The notes beneath the pieces were generated by a model that was not told the DNA's origin, searched no databases, and saw only the letters and a list, made by a program, of their open reading frames with translations. DNA of 64,000 bases from an uncultured Solirubrobacteraceae bacterium (GTDB lineage Bacteria > Actinomycetota > Thermoleophilia > Solirubrobacterales > Solirubrobacteraceae): contig CAWFKF010000053.1 of assembly GCA_963816005.1 (NCBI GenBank), positions 42,200 through 106,199 on the forward strand, in the 5' to 3' direction. Below, one piece after another: positions 10,260 through 22,688 of the stretch; the first letter of the stretch is position 1, and each line of letters opens with the position of its first letter. The translations under genes and the position numbers were made by a program.

Positions 10260-11549
10260 GTCGCGGTAGGGACAGCCCTTCGCCCTTGCGGGCTCGGGCC
10301 GCCCCCCGCACAGATCCCAGCGTGCGCTGCTAACGCACTGGGCTCCTCCCTTGGGTTCGAGCGTCGAAGCGGGCGTCTGGCCATGGTTGTGTGATGGTGA
10401 GAAACGGTAGCCATCGGGCTCGGAAGCGCCGCATCCGCTCCCAGGTCACCGTGGTGCGCTGGCTGCGGCGCCGCAGCGCCATAAACCAGAGTCGCACGGC
10501 CTCGGAGCGGAAGGCGTACAGCGCCCTTTGATTGCCGGGCACGCCGTAGTAGTTGGCATGCCCGCGCAGGACGCTAGCGAGCCAGCGTCCTTGTTCGGGG
10601 ATGGGCAGGTGCCGGCGTCGCTCGATCTTGCCTTTGAGGGCAGACAGCTTGGCCCGCATCCGTTTTGAGTCGGTGATCCGCAGAGGCTTGAAATGCCCCG
10701 ACCTGGAGGTCCCGCAGATGTGCGTGAACCCCAGAAATCGGAACGTATCTGGCTTGCCGAGACCCCGCGCCTTGCGTTTGCGGGCGGCGAACCGCCCGAA
10801 TTCGATCAGGCGGGTCTTCTCGGCGTTCAGTTCCAGGCTGAACTGCGCGAGTCTGTCGCGAAGCTCGGCCCAGAACCGCTCGGCGTCGTCCCGGTGCTCG
10901 AATCCCATCACGAAGTCGTCAGCAAAGCGCACGATCATTACGTCGCCGCGCGCGTGCCGTTGCCTCCACTGGTGGGCCCACAGATCGAAGACATAGTGAA
11001 GGTAGACGTTGGCCAGGAGCGGTGAAACCGAAGCTCCTTGCGGTACGCCTTCTTCGTACTGCGTCCACGACCCCTTCTCGATGACCCCCGCGGCCAACCA
11101 CTTCCCGATCAGCCGCAGGACCCGTCTGTCAGCAATCCGATGCCCCAAGAACCTCATTAGCCATTGATGGTCAAGGCTGGTGAAGAACTCGCGGAAATCC
11201 GCGTCGAGCACCCAGTTCACGCGCTTTCGTCGCAGCCCGACCGCGAGCGCATCCAACGCATCATGCGGGGAACGCCCCGGTCGAAACCCGTGCGAGAAAC
11301 CGAGAAAGTCCGTCGTGCGCCACGAGGCTCCATGCGAAAGGAGATGAAGGACGAAAGACATCTCATCCGTGCCGGCTGGAATGCCGGCCCCGGGCTGATG
11401 CAGCGGCCCGGAGAAGCTGGGGACGGCCAAGGCGCGGGATCGCGCGTCAGAGGTCAAGCGTCCCGACAACGTGACGGCCGGGCGGCACTGCCAGACGCCC
11501 GCGTGCGTGCTAGCAAGACCGAAAGGTAGAGCGAAAGCGAAGTGGTGTA

Positions 11550-13121
11550 CTCGACTTTTGCAGTTCATAGTCCGGCGGACGCCCACGCTTGCTGGACGCT
11601 CGCGATTTCTCGGGGTGTGGGCGCGCACCCCCGTCCTGGGTGAAATTGGCTGGCGATGATCACGCGGCGGAGCTTGGCGAGCATGTCGGTGAATGAGGGG
11701 GTGGTCTTGGTGAGATACCAGGGGTGGCGTTCGCGGCGTTCTTTGACGTCGTCGGGGTGGTGGCCTGAGAGCGCGTACCAGATGATCGTCAGTGACATCG
11801 CGAGGAACTGGAACGGGACGGTCCGTTGGACGGCCTTCTCGGCGCGGTTGCGAGCCTGTCCGACGCCGGCCAGCTCCTTGCCTTCTTCGTAGGCGACCTC
11901 GGTCGGCCAGCGCTCGGCGTAGCGTTCGATCAGTTGCGCGGCGCTCGCGTCGAGGTCGGTGGAGACGAGCGCCAGTTCGTAGCCGGAGGGCTTGGTGGTG
12001 TCCTGGATCAGCACTACCTGGAGGGGCTGGGATCCGAACGCCTCATACCACAGGCATTGGAACGGGTGGGCCATCACCTGCTCGGTCTTGCCGTAGCGGC
12101 GGACGATCGTGTTGACCCAATCGGTGGCGGGATCAGCGGCGATCTGCGCCAGCTTTGGCAGCTGCGCTCCTTTCTTGGGCGGCCGGCCGCGCTTGCGCTG
12201 CCCTGTGGGCGGGCGGGGCGCCGCCAGCCGGTGCAGCGCGGCGTCTGAGCGCAGGCGGGAGGTCATCGTGACGTTCTCCGGCAGGCCCGCAAACGCGCCG
12301 TTCGCGTAGGCGGCATCGCCGACGCCGTGGATCTTGCGTGCCGGGAACCGCTTGGCGAGCAGGCACAGGATCTCCCTGGCCAACCGGGGTTTTGAGGGCC
12401 GCTCGGGGTCTGGCTTGTGCTTGGGGATCTCCTTGCGCCGCGGGCGCCAGAGGCGCGAGAGCACCAGCAGGCAGACGGTCCGCTCAAGGAACGGCAGCTT
12501 GACGTTGATCCCGGCAGTGACCCAGTTGTTGCCCCACGCGAGCGATCCCTTGTTGCTGTTGGCGGTCGCGTCGTGATGCCAGAAGCAGCCGAACACCTTG
12601 CGCCCCCGCCGCTTCACCAACGTGTCATCGACCGGCACAACCAGCGACTCCTGCGCTCCCACCAAACGGGAGACGATCAGCTCCGCAACCATCAGCCCGA
12701 GCTCATCGACCGACCACTCCGCCGAGCTGAAGAACCGGTGCGCGCGGGAGTGATGCCAGACCCCGGAGAGCCTCGAGCCGACCAGCATCCCGCAGACGGT
12801 GCGCAGCGACGTCTGCGAGACCTGCCCCACGACCATCGCTCTGAAGGTCTCAAACGTCGGGCGAGAGAAACATGGCGCGAACAGGAGCAGAAGCTCCTCC
12901 AGCGAAGATGGGACGCAGAGCATCGGCGGCAACCCCCATGGGCAGCCGCGAACGGGCCTCCCGCCCGACCGCGGAAATGGCGTGAACAACCACCGCTTCG
13001 GGGAAGCCGCCGGTGCTCCTCCCTACCAGCGTCCGCTCAGGCGCTCAAACCATCAGCCCGACAGCCACGACCGAGGCGCCGCCCCGCACCCGTCCACCCA
13101 CCGAAAACTGCGAAAGTCGAG
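11550..13121 (-). mobile_element. IS701-like (DDE_5) element; transposase ~12923-11565
   Basis: IRs CTCGACTTTTGCAGTT / AACTGCGAAAGTCGAG; VDDT, WGNNWV, Y..RW..E motifs; absent from P1 and P3. Confidence 0.8.
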
Positions 13122-13457
13122 GTGGTAGAAACCCCTCGATTTCTTGAGCGACTCGAAACCTGGCGGATCTGGGTCGTCGACAGCAACGATGCCGCTCTGT
13201 TGGATGGCGGCTCGCTCCACGTCCGGATGTCCAGTCCGGGCGTGGTGGCCGGCGGGAGACTGCGAGTGCCTGCCGGATGGGCTGTAGGGGCAAAGCCAGC
13301 TGCCGACCCGGTCAAACGGATCATGGCGAACGTGGGAAGCGCCCCGTGCGCGCCGGGCTGCTGGTGGCAGCCCGGCAAGGCCCGATGCCGGCTGATGGGC
13401 GCGGGGCGTGGCGGAGTCCGCGTAGTAGTCCGAGGGCGGGAAAGCCGTCCACATGGC

Positions 13458-14779
13458 TTGCGACGCGAGGTCGTACGCATATGAGTGAACACGTTGATTG
13501 GAGGTTCGACAAATATCGAAGGCGTAGTTACAGGTCCGTGTTCAGGGCCTGGCCTCGGCCTGACGTGCGTCGCCGGCGTTCCCGGCGGGGTTCGAAGCAT
13601 GAGGCAAAAGCCCAAGAGCGCCCGTTCCATGCGGGGGCCACAGGTGAGAGGCAGATCGGACGGGTGAAGAACTTAAACCTCTGGCTGATGTCTCGTGAGG
13701 ACGAGCTCCGCAGATGTAATGCAGCAGCAGAAGTACAGGGACTGGCCGCTGAGAAGCGGCAGGTGCCGGTTGAGGAGTCCTCTCAACCGGGAAGAGCACC
13801 GCCGTAACCGGGGCACAGGAGGCACCCACCCCGGTGGTAGCTCATGCGTGCGAAACGCGGTAACCCCCGTCGGGGTCCGGTGCTGTTTGACCGGTAAGCC
13901 GACCGTGAGGAAGGCCCAACTCCCCGGCGGGAATCTGATGATCGAGAAGCGAAAGGCAACAGTCGAAAGACAATAGGAAAAAATTAGTTCCGTGAATGAT
14001 CACGGCTAACTGTAGATCGCGATTTCGTTCTCACCAGGGCTTTTGGTCGTCGGAGCGGAGGGTGGAAGTCGCTTGTCCCTCTGCTGTTGGGTTCTGGACT
14101 CCTCGCTAGGTCCCATGCAAAGAGATCATAGGCCAGAGCCAGATCAGTGGTTAATCAGTTAGGCATGTCCACGTGTGCGCGTAGAGAGCATCCGGATGAT
14201 TATAGAGAGACTCTCGGTATAGAGAGTAGTTGGGGGGCGTGTGGGTACTTCCCGCGTTGACGGGGGTTGTAACAGTGTGGGGAGATGACTGATGCATTCG
14301 GTAGACGATGCGTTGTTTGCCGTGTGTGTGCTCGAATTTTCCGGTAATCAAGAGACCGTGGTGGCGGAATACTAATAATTCGGTACGGACGGCTAGATAG
14401 CAAACGCTTGTTCGTGTGTCGTCACTTCCTACATGTCCGGAGAGACAGGAAACCGGGACATGATGGCTGGCCCCTTCAGCTGGCCGTTCCGGATAACTAG
14501 CCGGATACGGGACGTAAGTGCCCGGACGCGAAAGCGTGCTGACGCGGTCAGGTGAGCCCCAATAGGAGAAGATGATGATGACGCCAGAACCAACTGACAA
14601 GTTAGACGCTGCGACTACGGTCGTGGTGAACGGACCCGCGGACGACCCACTCGAGGTTGAGCGGATCGCACGACGTCGCAATATCGGATCTACACGGGCT
14701 TGCTTGAGCCGGATGCATCGAAAGGTGCTCGTCCGGTTCTGAGGCGGGCCGGGCGCAGCAATGCGCCCGGCCTACCCGA
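13458..14779 (+). mobile_element. ORF-deleted group II intron T (5' TTGCG) inserted in P2
   Basis: P1 sequence CATGGC|GAAGGC is split here; DV GAGCCGGATGCATCGAAAGGTGCTCGTCCGGTTC; ends CCTACCCGA; only a short ORF stub. Confidence 0.82.
13986..14446. mobile_element. Heavily degenerated copy of the 461-bp ISL3-type MITE
   Basis: Colinear with 59230-59690 (shared CAGGGCTTTTGGTCGTCGGAGCGG, CCCGCGTTGACGGGGGT, TGTTCGTGTGTCGTCAC). Confidence 0.85.
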
Positions 14780-14829
14780 GAAGGCGGACAGCAGGACCGC
14801 AGCATCAGAAGCCGTTCGGGAGGTCGGGC

Positions 14830-16293
14830 GTGAATACGCTCGCGCCGCTTGACGCCAAGTTGGCCGAAGAGCGGGTACTGGGATGGCAGACGAAGCTGCA
14901 CCGATGGGCAGTCGGGGACGAGCAGCAGCGCTTCGGCGACCTGTTCAACCTGATCTGCGACCCCGCGACGTTGCTCGTCGCGTGGGAGCGGGTGAAACGT
15001 AACCGGGGGTCGCGAACCGCCGGTGTTGATGGCCAGACCCGCAGGCGGGTCGAACAGTTGGGCGTGGATGGTGTCTTGTCTAAGCTCCGTGAGGAGCTCA
15101 AGACGGGCACCTACCGCCCGCTGCCGGCGCGTGAGCGGTTGATCCCGAAGCGCTCGGGGAAGCTCAGAAGCTTGGGCATCTCGACGGTGCGCGACAGGAT
15201 CGTTCAGACGGCGACCAAGCTCGTGCTCGAGCCGATCTTCGAGGCGGACTTCTGCCCGACCTCGTATGGATTTCGGCCCGGACGCAGAGCCCAGGACGCC
15301 ATCGAGCAGGTGCGGTTCTTCATCCATGCCCCTCGCTCGTACGAGTGGGTGATCGAGGGAGACGTCGAGGACTGTTTCGGGTCGATCCATCAGGGTTTCC
15401 TGATGGACCAGGTGCGCCGTCGGGTGACCGACAAGCGCGTCCTGGGATTGGTCCGCCGGTTCCTCGCCGCCGGTGTCATGCGCGAGCTTGACAGCGTGAC
15501 CGCAACGCCATCGGGCACGCCACAAGGGTCGAGTCTCTCGCCCCTGTTGTCGAACATTGCCCTCTCGGTACTCGACCGCCACTTCGAGGCGGCATGGGCA
15601 GCGCGCACGCACGACCAGCGCTGGCGTGACCGGGCCGAAGGCCGCCCCAGCTATCGAATGATCCGCTTCGCGGACGACTTCGTGGTGCTGGTCCGCGGCA
15701 CCGAAGCCCAAGCCCACGAGATCAAGGAGCAGACGGCCGAGTTCATGGCAGAGCAGCTGCGCTTGACGCTCTCGCCCGAGAAAACGCACGTCACCCACGT
15801 CGACGACGGCTTCGATCTGCTCGGGTTCCGCATCAAGCGGCGACCCTGGCGGACCGCTGGCAAGCACGTCGCCTACACGTTCCCAAGCCAACGAGCGCTG
15901 CGCGAGGTCATGCACCGAATCAAGACGCTGACTGACCGCAGCACGCTGAACCTCTCGCTCGATCAGTTGATCCACGCGCTCAACCCAATCCTCAGGGGTT
16001 GGACCAACTACCACCGTCATAACGCGAGTAAGCGCTGCTTCGCGTATCTCAGCTACTACCTGTGGTGGCGAGTGATCCGCTGGCTGCGCAAGAAGTACCC
16101 GCGGCTGACCTGGAAACAGCTCAGGCGACGGTGTTGGGGGCGCAATTGGACCAGCCGCGAAGGCACGAGGCTCGCGTGGCCCTCCGAGGTCCCGGTGACC
16201 CGATATCGCTATCGCGGCCACCGGATCCCCTCGCCGTGGGCAGCGACCCGGACAGGACGGGCCACCACCCGACCAGGAACCGCTACCGCATGA
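14830..16293 (+). CDS. ltrA: Group II intron RT/maturase (P2), intact frame
   Basis: Near-identical to the P1 protein. Confidence 0.9.
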   Translation: MNTLAPLDAKLAEERVLGWQTKLHRWAVGDEQQRFGDLFNLICDPATLLVAWERVKRNRGSRTAGVDGQTRRRVEQLGVDGVLSKLREELKTGTYRPLPARERLIPKRSGKLRSLGISTVRDRIVQTATKLVLEPIFEADFCPTSYGFRPGRRAQDAIEQVRFFIHAPRSYEWVIEGDVEDCFGSIHQGFLMDQVRRRVTDKRVLGLVRRFLAAGVMRELDSVTATPSGTPQGSSLSPLLSNIALSVLDRHFEAAWAARTHDQRWRDRAEGRPSYRMIRFADDFVVLVRGTEAQAHEIKEQTAEFMAEQLRLTLSPEKTHVTHVDDGFDLLGFRIKRRPWRTAGKHVAYTFPSQRALREVMHRIKTLTDRSTLNLSLDQLIHALNPILRGWTNYHRHNASKRCFAYLSYYLWWRVIRWLRKKYPRLTWKQLRRRCWGRNWTSREGTRLAWPSEVPVTRYRYRGHRIPSPWAATRTGRATTRPGTATA

Positions 16294-17242
16294 AATCAGC
16301 GACAGGATCGGCCATCGCGCGTCCTGTGGAGAGCCGGATGCTCAGGAATGGGCACGTCCGGTTCGGCGAGCGGGTCGGGGAAACGGACCGGCGGCAACGC
16401 CGGCACCGCGCCCCGGCCCGACCCAACTCGTATATGGCGTTCAGCACCTCAACCACCGCCCGCTGAAGGAGCTTGTCCTCCAACGATGCGATCCCGAGCG
16501 GCCTTCGCCGCCCATCGGGCTTTGGTATGTACACCCTCCGCGACGGTCTCGCCCGGTAGCTCCCGCGATGGACCCGGGAATGCAGATCCCGAAGGTTCTC
16601 TTCGAGGTCCTGCCCGTAGTCCTTCCATGTCACGCCGTCTACCCCAGGCGCGGCCTTGGGCTTCAACGCCCAGTAGGCCGCCCGCAGGCGGTCGACATCG
16701 ACATGGTGCAGGAGCGCGGTGAACCGCACATCCTTGTCCTTCCGCGCCACTCGGCGCACGCGATCCAGGTCACTTGACACGCCCACTCCAGCTCCGCGTC
16801 TGGGACGTGTTTTGCCGCCCGCGTTTCCCTTGGGCGATCCCCTTCCCTCCGCCACCTCCGCCGCCCCGCCTTGGGCGTTGTTCGGCAGTTTCGTCGGTAC
16901 TACGAGATCGTCCGACTTCCGATCGTCGTGCATCACGGGATTACGGCCTTAGCCTTCCCCGCACGACCCGCCCTACCATCACCACAGGCGAGCGACGATC
17001 GGACCTCCCGGTTCTCGCGCCTGGAGAGATCACGCACATGCACAGGTTCTCCGACCCCGCGGGGTCCGACGACGACTCGCGAAAACGTCGCCGCCGATGT
17101 TGCCTTCCGCGCCAAAGAACAGCGTCGGCACCCCGGACCAGTTGATTACGAGGCTCAATAGCCCAGCCTGCGCGCACCCCTATCCAACGCTTCGCTGCGC
17201 CCTCGCGGGTCGCCAACGCATGGTCGGGGCCACCGTGGATGG

Positions 17243-18157
17243 GTCGGGATAGAAATTGAGCGCGCGCACCACGCGGGTCCGGCGGCTGCTCCGTCGCTTT
17301 CGCTCCGGGCCTTACCCCATGCTCCCAACTGGCCACGTTTCTCAAAGCCTCCCTACGATCCACGGACGGTCGGATTTCCCGAGTCCGGTTCTGGCCTCGG
17401 CTCCCACGGTATTTATCAGGACGAGCCTTCCCCCGCGACGCGAAACTGCGGTGCTGGCGCACCCTTCGCCCCGCCATCGTGGAGTTTGCATCACCCCTTC
17501 GCCACGACGCAGGCCCCGCAGAACCCAGCTCAGAGTCTGGCTGCGTGCCCACCGTCATAACCGCCGAGTGCCCAGAGCCCCTTTGCCCAGCACGGGCGTT
17601 ACCCGCGCCGGGACGGCCTCGCAAGCCGCCTGGAGGGGCGTTACCCCCTCGTCGTCGCTCATACGGGCTCATGCGCCAGACCATCCCCCTCCCAACGCCT
17701 CCGGTTCGCCCTCGGCCGCTGGGTCTTTGCAGGTTGTCACCAGTCCCTGCTGCGAGATGGCCCTTCCCGACATTATCTCTGCGATCCTTGCGCGGGTGCT
17801 CGGACCCCTACCCCGCCGCGCTCCCCGGTTGCACGTATCCGCTTCTTCACCGAGGACGCCGGTCTCACCCCAGACTAGACGGGTTCGACGCGCGAATATC
17901 CCCCCACATGGCAGCTTCCATGGGGACATCGATTTCGAGGCTGCAGTCATTCGATCACCTTCGGGCTCCCGCGCTTGCTAGACCCCCAGGCTGCTCCCAC
18001 CGCAGCGGCAAACTGACCGCCAGGCGGCCGGGCCGTTCACACCACGCATCGCCCGGCCGGTTACCCGAACCGGGATGTGGCGTTGCTACATGCTCGACAC
18101 GGACGATTAGCATGGCTGGACTCTCACCAGCTGGATCGCAGCCTTGTCGGCTGCTCC
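17243..18157 (-). mobile_element. ORF-less group II intron S1 (5' GGAGC) in domain I of intron A
   Basis: DV-like ACCGGACTCGGGAAATCCGACCGTCCG, end TATCCCGAC; host rejoins GAAGGACTAG|CCATCCACGG; EBS1 CUAGUC. Confidence 0.88.
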
Positions 18158-19392
18158 CTAGTCCTTCGATGTAGAGCTCTTCCATCTCCGTCTCCAGGCC
18201 GGTTTATCCCGGCGCTTTCTCCTTGCAGTAGACGATCTTCGTCTTGTCGGGGTGAAGCCGCAGGCCAACCTCTACCATCCGCTTCGCGATCCTGGCCAGC
18301 ACCAGCTCGGCCTGCGCTCTACTGCGGCAATGCACGATGGCATCATCCGCAAAGCGCTCAAATGGACAGGCCGGATAGTTCCGGACCATCCACTGGTCGA
18401 ATGCATAGTTCATGAACAGGTTCGTGAGGGTCGGCGAGATCGCCGAACCCTGCGGAGTTCCTCTGGTTCGCTTCTGAAGGGTGCCGTCTGGGCGCTGTAG
18501 CGGCGCTTGCAGCCACCGCTTGACATACAGCAACACCCAGCGGCAGTCGGTGACCGCCTCGACCGCACGAACCACCAGGTCCCACGGCACCTCATCGAAG
18601 AACTTCTGGACGTCAAGATCGATCGCCCAGTCGAACTTCCAGCACCGCTCCCGGCACACCGCGAGCGCATCATGGGCCGACTTACCCGGCCGATAGCCAT
18701 AGGAGTCCTGATGAAACCGAGGTTCCACCAGCGGCTCCATGTACACCGCTACGACCGTCTGCGCGACCCTATCCGCGATCGTCGGCACGCCGAGCACACG
18801 AACCCCTCGGCTGTGCGGCTTAGGGATCTCGACCGCCCTGACCGGCGGGGGAAACCAGGTCCCCGAACTCAGTGAGGTAGGCGAGAGGCGCGCCACCGAC
18901 ATGCCACCCGGCGATCCACACGGGCCGGGCATCGTCAGCGCGTTTCCTCCCGCTCCCTCCCACACCGTGCGTGCGGTTCTCCCGCACACGGCGTTCCCCC
19001 GGGCAGTCGATGGTCAGCATTCCGCCTTGCCAGGGCGTTGGTCGACCATCCAAGCGATCCGGGACTCAGCTCGCAGCTCACTCGAGCTGCCGCAGGTTGG
19101 GGACCAAGTCCCTCATCCCCGCTGACGCTAGAAACTCCGACCGCACACCCGGCTACAGGTACTTCGCTAGGGCAGGTTATGTTGTCCGTGCCCATCATCG
19201 CTACTACTACCTGCGCAGACTTACGCTGCGCGCTTGGCCGTTTCGTGGGCTGCACTTATCGGCCTCGCCTCTTACCGGGCGCCGCAGGCAGGCAGAACCT
19301 GCGGCCACCTGACGCCGGTGCGCAGACGGATCTCTCCTCTTGCGTGCTCGGCTGGGCAAACGTTCCGATCCCCTTACGCCGACGGTTCCTAG

Positions 19393-20872
19393 TAGTGCTT
19401 TGTTAGTTGTGGGGTAGGAATTCGGCGGGGTTGCGGCGAACTCTTCTCGCGTTGCTGCCGATCGCGAGGAGGTCATGATGGCTGTCTGAGTGCTGGTGTC
19501 GGTGAGGATCGGGTTGTTGATGCGCCAGTGGTGGTGGCCGTGCGGTTGGAGACGTTCGCTGTCGAGGTGCTGGCGGGGGCGATGAACCGGCCGGTACAGA
19601 TTCGTAACGGCGGCTTGTATCTGCGCGGCCTGCTGGAGCAGGGTGCTCGCAAGTCGCTGGAGCCGTTGGTCGAGCGGTTGGGCGGCGATTCGGACTATCA
19701 ATCGATGCAGCAGTTCCTGGCGGACAGCCCGTGGGATCCGGCGCTGGTGGTGAGGGCGGTCGCCGAGCGGGTCGTTCCGGAGATCGACGTTCAGGCGTGG
19801 GTGCTGGATGACACGGGGTTCCCGAAGGACGGCAAGCACTCGCCGGGGGTCAAGCGCCAGTACTCGGGGACGCTGGGCAAGACGGGGAATTGTCAAATCG
19901 GCGTCTCAGTGCACGCGGTCGGCAGCAAGGGGACGGTGCCGTTGGGGTGGGCGCTGTATCTGCCGGAGGAGTGGTGCGATGACCCTGAGCGGCGCCGGAA
20001 GGCGAAGATCCCTGAGGAGATCGGGTTTCAGACCAAGCCGGAGCTCGCGGCCGAGCTAGTCGAGCGCGCCGCTGGCTGGGAGATCGCCAAGGTGCCGATC
20101 CTCGGCGACTGCGCGTATGGGAAGAACACCGCGCTGCGCGAGCAGCTCAACGACGCAGAGCTCCAGTACGTGCTGTCGGTCTCCGAGGAGGTCACCGTAT
20201 TCGAGCCCGAGACGGTCTTCAAGGTGCCCGCGCCGCGCGACGCCGCGTCCGGCCGGCAGAAGACCCGTCCGCGGCCGGATCGCGAGCCCGAGCAGATCGG
20301 CGAGCTGGTCAAGCGACTGGGACCCGAGCGCTTCAAGACTGTGACGTTCCGCGACGGACCGGACGGTAAGCGGATGAGATCGCGCTTCTGTCTTCTACGC
20401 GTCCGCGCCCCGCACGAGTGGGAGAAGCGATCCACCCCGCGACGCGAGGAGTGGCTGGTCGTCGAATGGCCCAAAGGTAGCAACCAGCTAACCGATTACT
20501 GGCTCGCCAACCTGCCTGCCGACACCAAGCCCGAGCAGCTCGCCCGTCTCGCGCGGATGCGCTGGAAGATCGAGCTCGACTACAAGCAGCTCAAGGGCGA
20601 GCTTGGCCTTGACCACTACGAAGCCCGCTCCTGGCTCGATTAATATCACCACACCGCACTAATGACCGCCGTGCACGGATTCTTGACCCTGGAGCGGCAG
20701 CACCCAAATCACCAGCGGCCGGCCTGACCCTTCCCCAGGCAGTCCAACTGCTCCAGCCACTGTTCAAGTGCTGAACCGGCCGCTGCTCCACCTGCCAACA
20801 AGCCGTCGATCTCGCCAAGCTACTCCTGCACCGCATCCTTCAGAACGAGTGACAAGACCTAACAAAGCACTA
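19393..20872 (+). mobile_element. IS701-family element; transposase with premature stop at ~20641
   Basis: TIR TAGTGCTTTGTTAG, CTAG duplication; LDDTGFPKDGKHSPGVKRQYSG motif. Confidence 0.9.
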
Positions 20873-20876
20873 CTAG

Positions 20877-22688
20877 GAGCCTGGGTCAGTAACAGCTTTA
20901 TGCCGGGCGCTTGACTATTCAACCGTTCGGCGGGAACGTCCGGTGCGTTCAAGACGATTACTGGTGCACGCGACCAGCAGGATCGGATGGCAATGGCGGT
21001 GGCGCAGGAGCGGTTGGTGTAGGTGGAGCCCGACGACTCGGTGGTGGCTACCCGTCGGGCGGTGGGTGAGGAGAAGACCTTTCGTCGCTATGACCCCGAC
21101 CAGGTGTTGTTGATGGCGCCAGTGTTGGCGGAGTGGGTTCCGGAGGGGAATTTAGACGTATTTCATGTCTGACTTGGTGAAGTACGGCACGCTTGACCTT
21201 CAGGCGATCTATAACTCTTATCAGTACGAGCTTGGCTTTCCGCCTATGACCCGAGATTGATACTCAAGCTGCTGATCTACGGGTACGCGAACGCGATAAT
21301 ATCTTCGCGCAAGCTGGAGCGCGCGACGTTCACGAATATGGCGGTGCGGATATTATGCGCCTACCAGCACCCTCATTACCGCTCGATCGCAAGATTTCAC
21401 AAGCGGCATCTGGACCCATTGAGGCAGTTGTTCGTGCAGGCTCTACGCTTGTGAAAGCAGGCGAAGTTGATCGAGCTTGTAGCTTGGCGTTGGATGGGAC
21501 GAAGCTGCGCGCGAACGCTTCGCGGCATAAGGCGATGAGCTATGAGCGAATGATCACCAAGGAGCAGCAGCTTGACGCTGAAATCGCTGAGATCCAAACG
21601 AACGTCGCGACATTGCTGTCCGAGCCCGAGCAGATCACTGCCGAAGAGAATGAGCGCTTCGATCCCGATCGCCGCGGCGACGAGCTGCCCAGAAGCTGAC
21701 GCATCGCGAGCAGCGGCTGGCGAAGATCCGGGAGGCCAAGGAGACACTCGAGACTCACGAGCTTCAGCGTCGCGAGCAGCGTTTGGCGAAGTCCGGAAGG
21801 CGAAGCAGGCACTCGACGCCGAGGCGCGCGAGGCGAAGACCGCGCGACCGCCGAGCTTGAGCCTCAAGGAAAGCAGCCGCGAGCGCCGCGTGATGGGCGC
21901 GACCCGTTCGCGCCCAAGCCCACCGCACAGCGCAACTTCACCTATCCTGAGTCGAACATCATGAATACCGCGGATGGGTACTTTCACCAGTGCTACTCAG
22001 GCCAGGCGATCGTTGACTCCGTCGCCCAGGTAATCGTCGTCGCGGAGCTGTCTGATGAGGCCGCCGATCAGTGTCAGCTTCAGCCGACGCTCGAGCAGCT
22101 TGATCAGAACCTCGAGGCGATCGGCGCCGAGCTGCCCGACGGCGCGGTGATGACCGCGGACGGCGGCTACTTCTCCGAGCAGAACGTCACTACCTGCGAG
22201 CAGCACGGAGTTGATCCCTACATCGCGACTGGGCGGTTCAAGCACTCAGAGCCCCAGCCGCCGGCACCGCGCGGACCGATCCCCACCGACGCGACCCCCA
22301 AGCAGCGGATGGCGCGCAAGACCAGAACCAAGAAAGGCCGGGCGATCTACAGCCGGCGCAAAGCGATCGTCGAGCCGATGTTCGGCCAGATCGGCACCGT
22401 CCAAGACGGCCGCCGAGTCCTGATACCTGGCAAACCGGCCGCCCGTGCGCAGTGGCGACTGGAGTGCCGGATCCACAACCTGCTCAAGCTGCACCGCGCA
22501 GGCGGCCTGACGATCCTCAACACCAGCTGACAAGCCCCGGGGGCGGCTCCCCAGGGCCAGAACCCCCCCCAACGCTCAGCCACCCCGGCTACGGACGCGC
22601 ACACCGCTGTGACCGCCTCCCGTCACCACCACCAGAGCACCAATCTTCACTGCTCAACTGCGCCGCGAGCCGATAGCGACCCACGCTC
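20877..22688 (+). mobile_element. IS1182-family element, degenerate transposase
   Basis: IRs GAGCCTGGGTC / GACCCACGCTC between CTAG copies; LKLLIYGY..SSRKLE, LDGTKLRANAS, YSRRKAIVEPMFG; several stops and frameshifts. Confidence 0.85.

Larger units (their letters stand above)
11315..16427 (+). mobile_element. Group II intron P2, antisense in A, interrupted by an IS and by intron T
   Basis: Near-identical to P1 outside two insertions; GTGCG...CCCAAC. Confidence 0.92.
10330..16936 (-). pseudogene. RT/maturase of intron A split by P2 (16936-16428 and 11314-10330)
   Basis: Rejoins in frame as LNAIYE|TDFLGFS; PQGA and RFADDF motifs. Confidence 0.88.
10260..18219 (-). mobile_element. Class E-like group II intron A (5' GAAAGCG), containing P2 and satellite S1
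   Basis: Host RT rejoins TGC AAG GA|C GAC AAC; 3' CCCTACCGCGAC; EBS1 UCUUUG (17113-17118) pairs with exon CAAGGA. Confidence 0.88.

Noticed and set aside
13986-14446. Diversity-generating retroelement TR/VR pair with 59230-59690
   Set aside because: Differences are mainly at G/C rather than adenine-specific, there is no target ORF, and all RTs here are group II type with DV/DVI.
17256-18174. ORFs of 180-305 aa across the S repeats (also 30075-31029, 31051-31879)
   Set aside because: Pro/Arg-rich, with start and stop positions that vary among near-identical copies; the sequence is explained by ribozyme domains.
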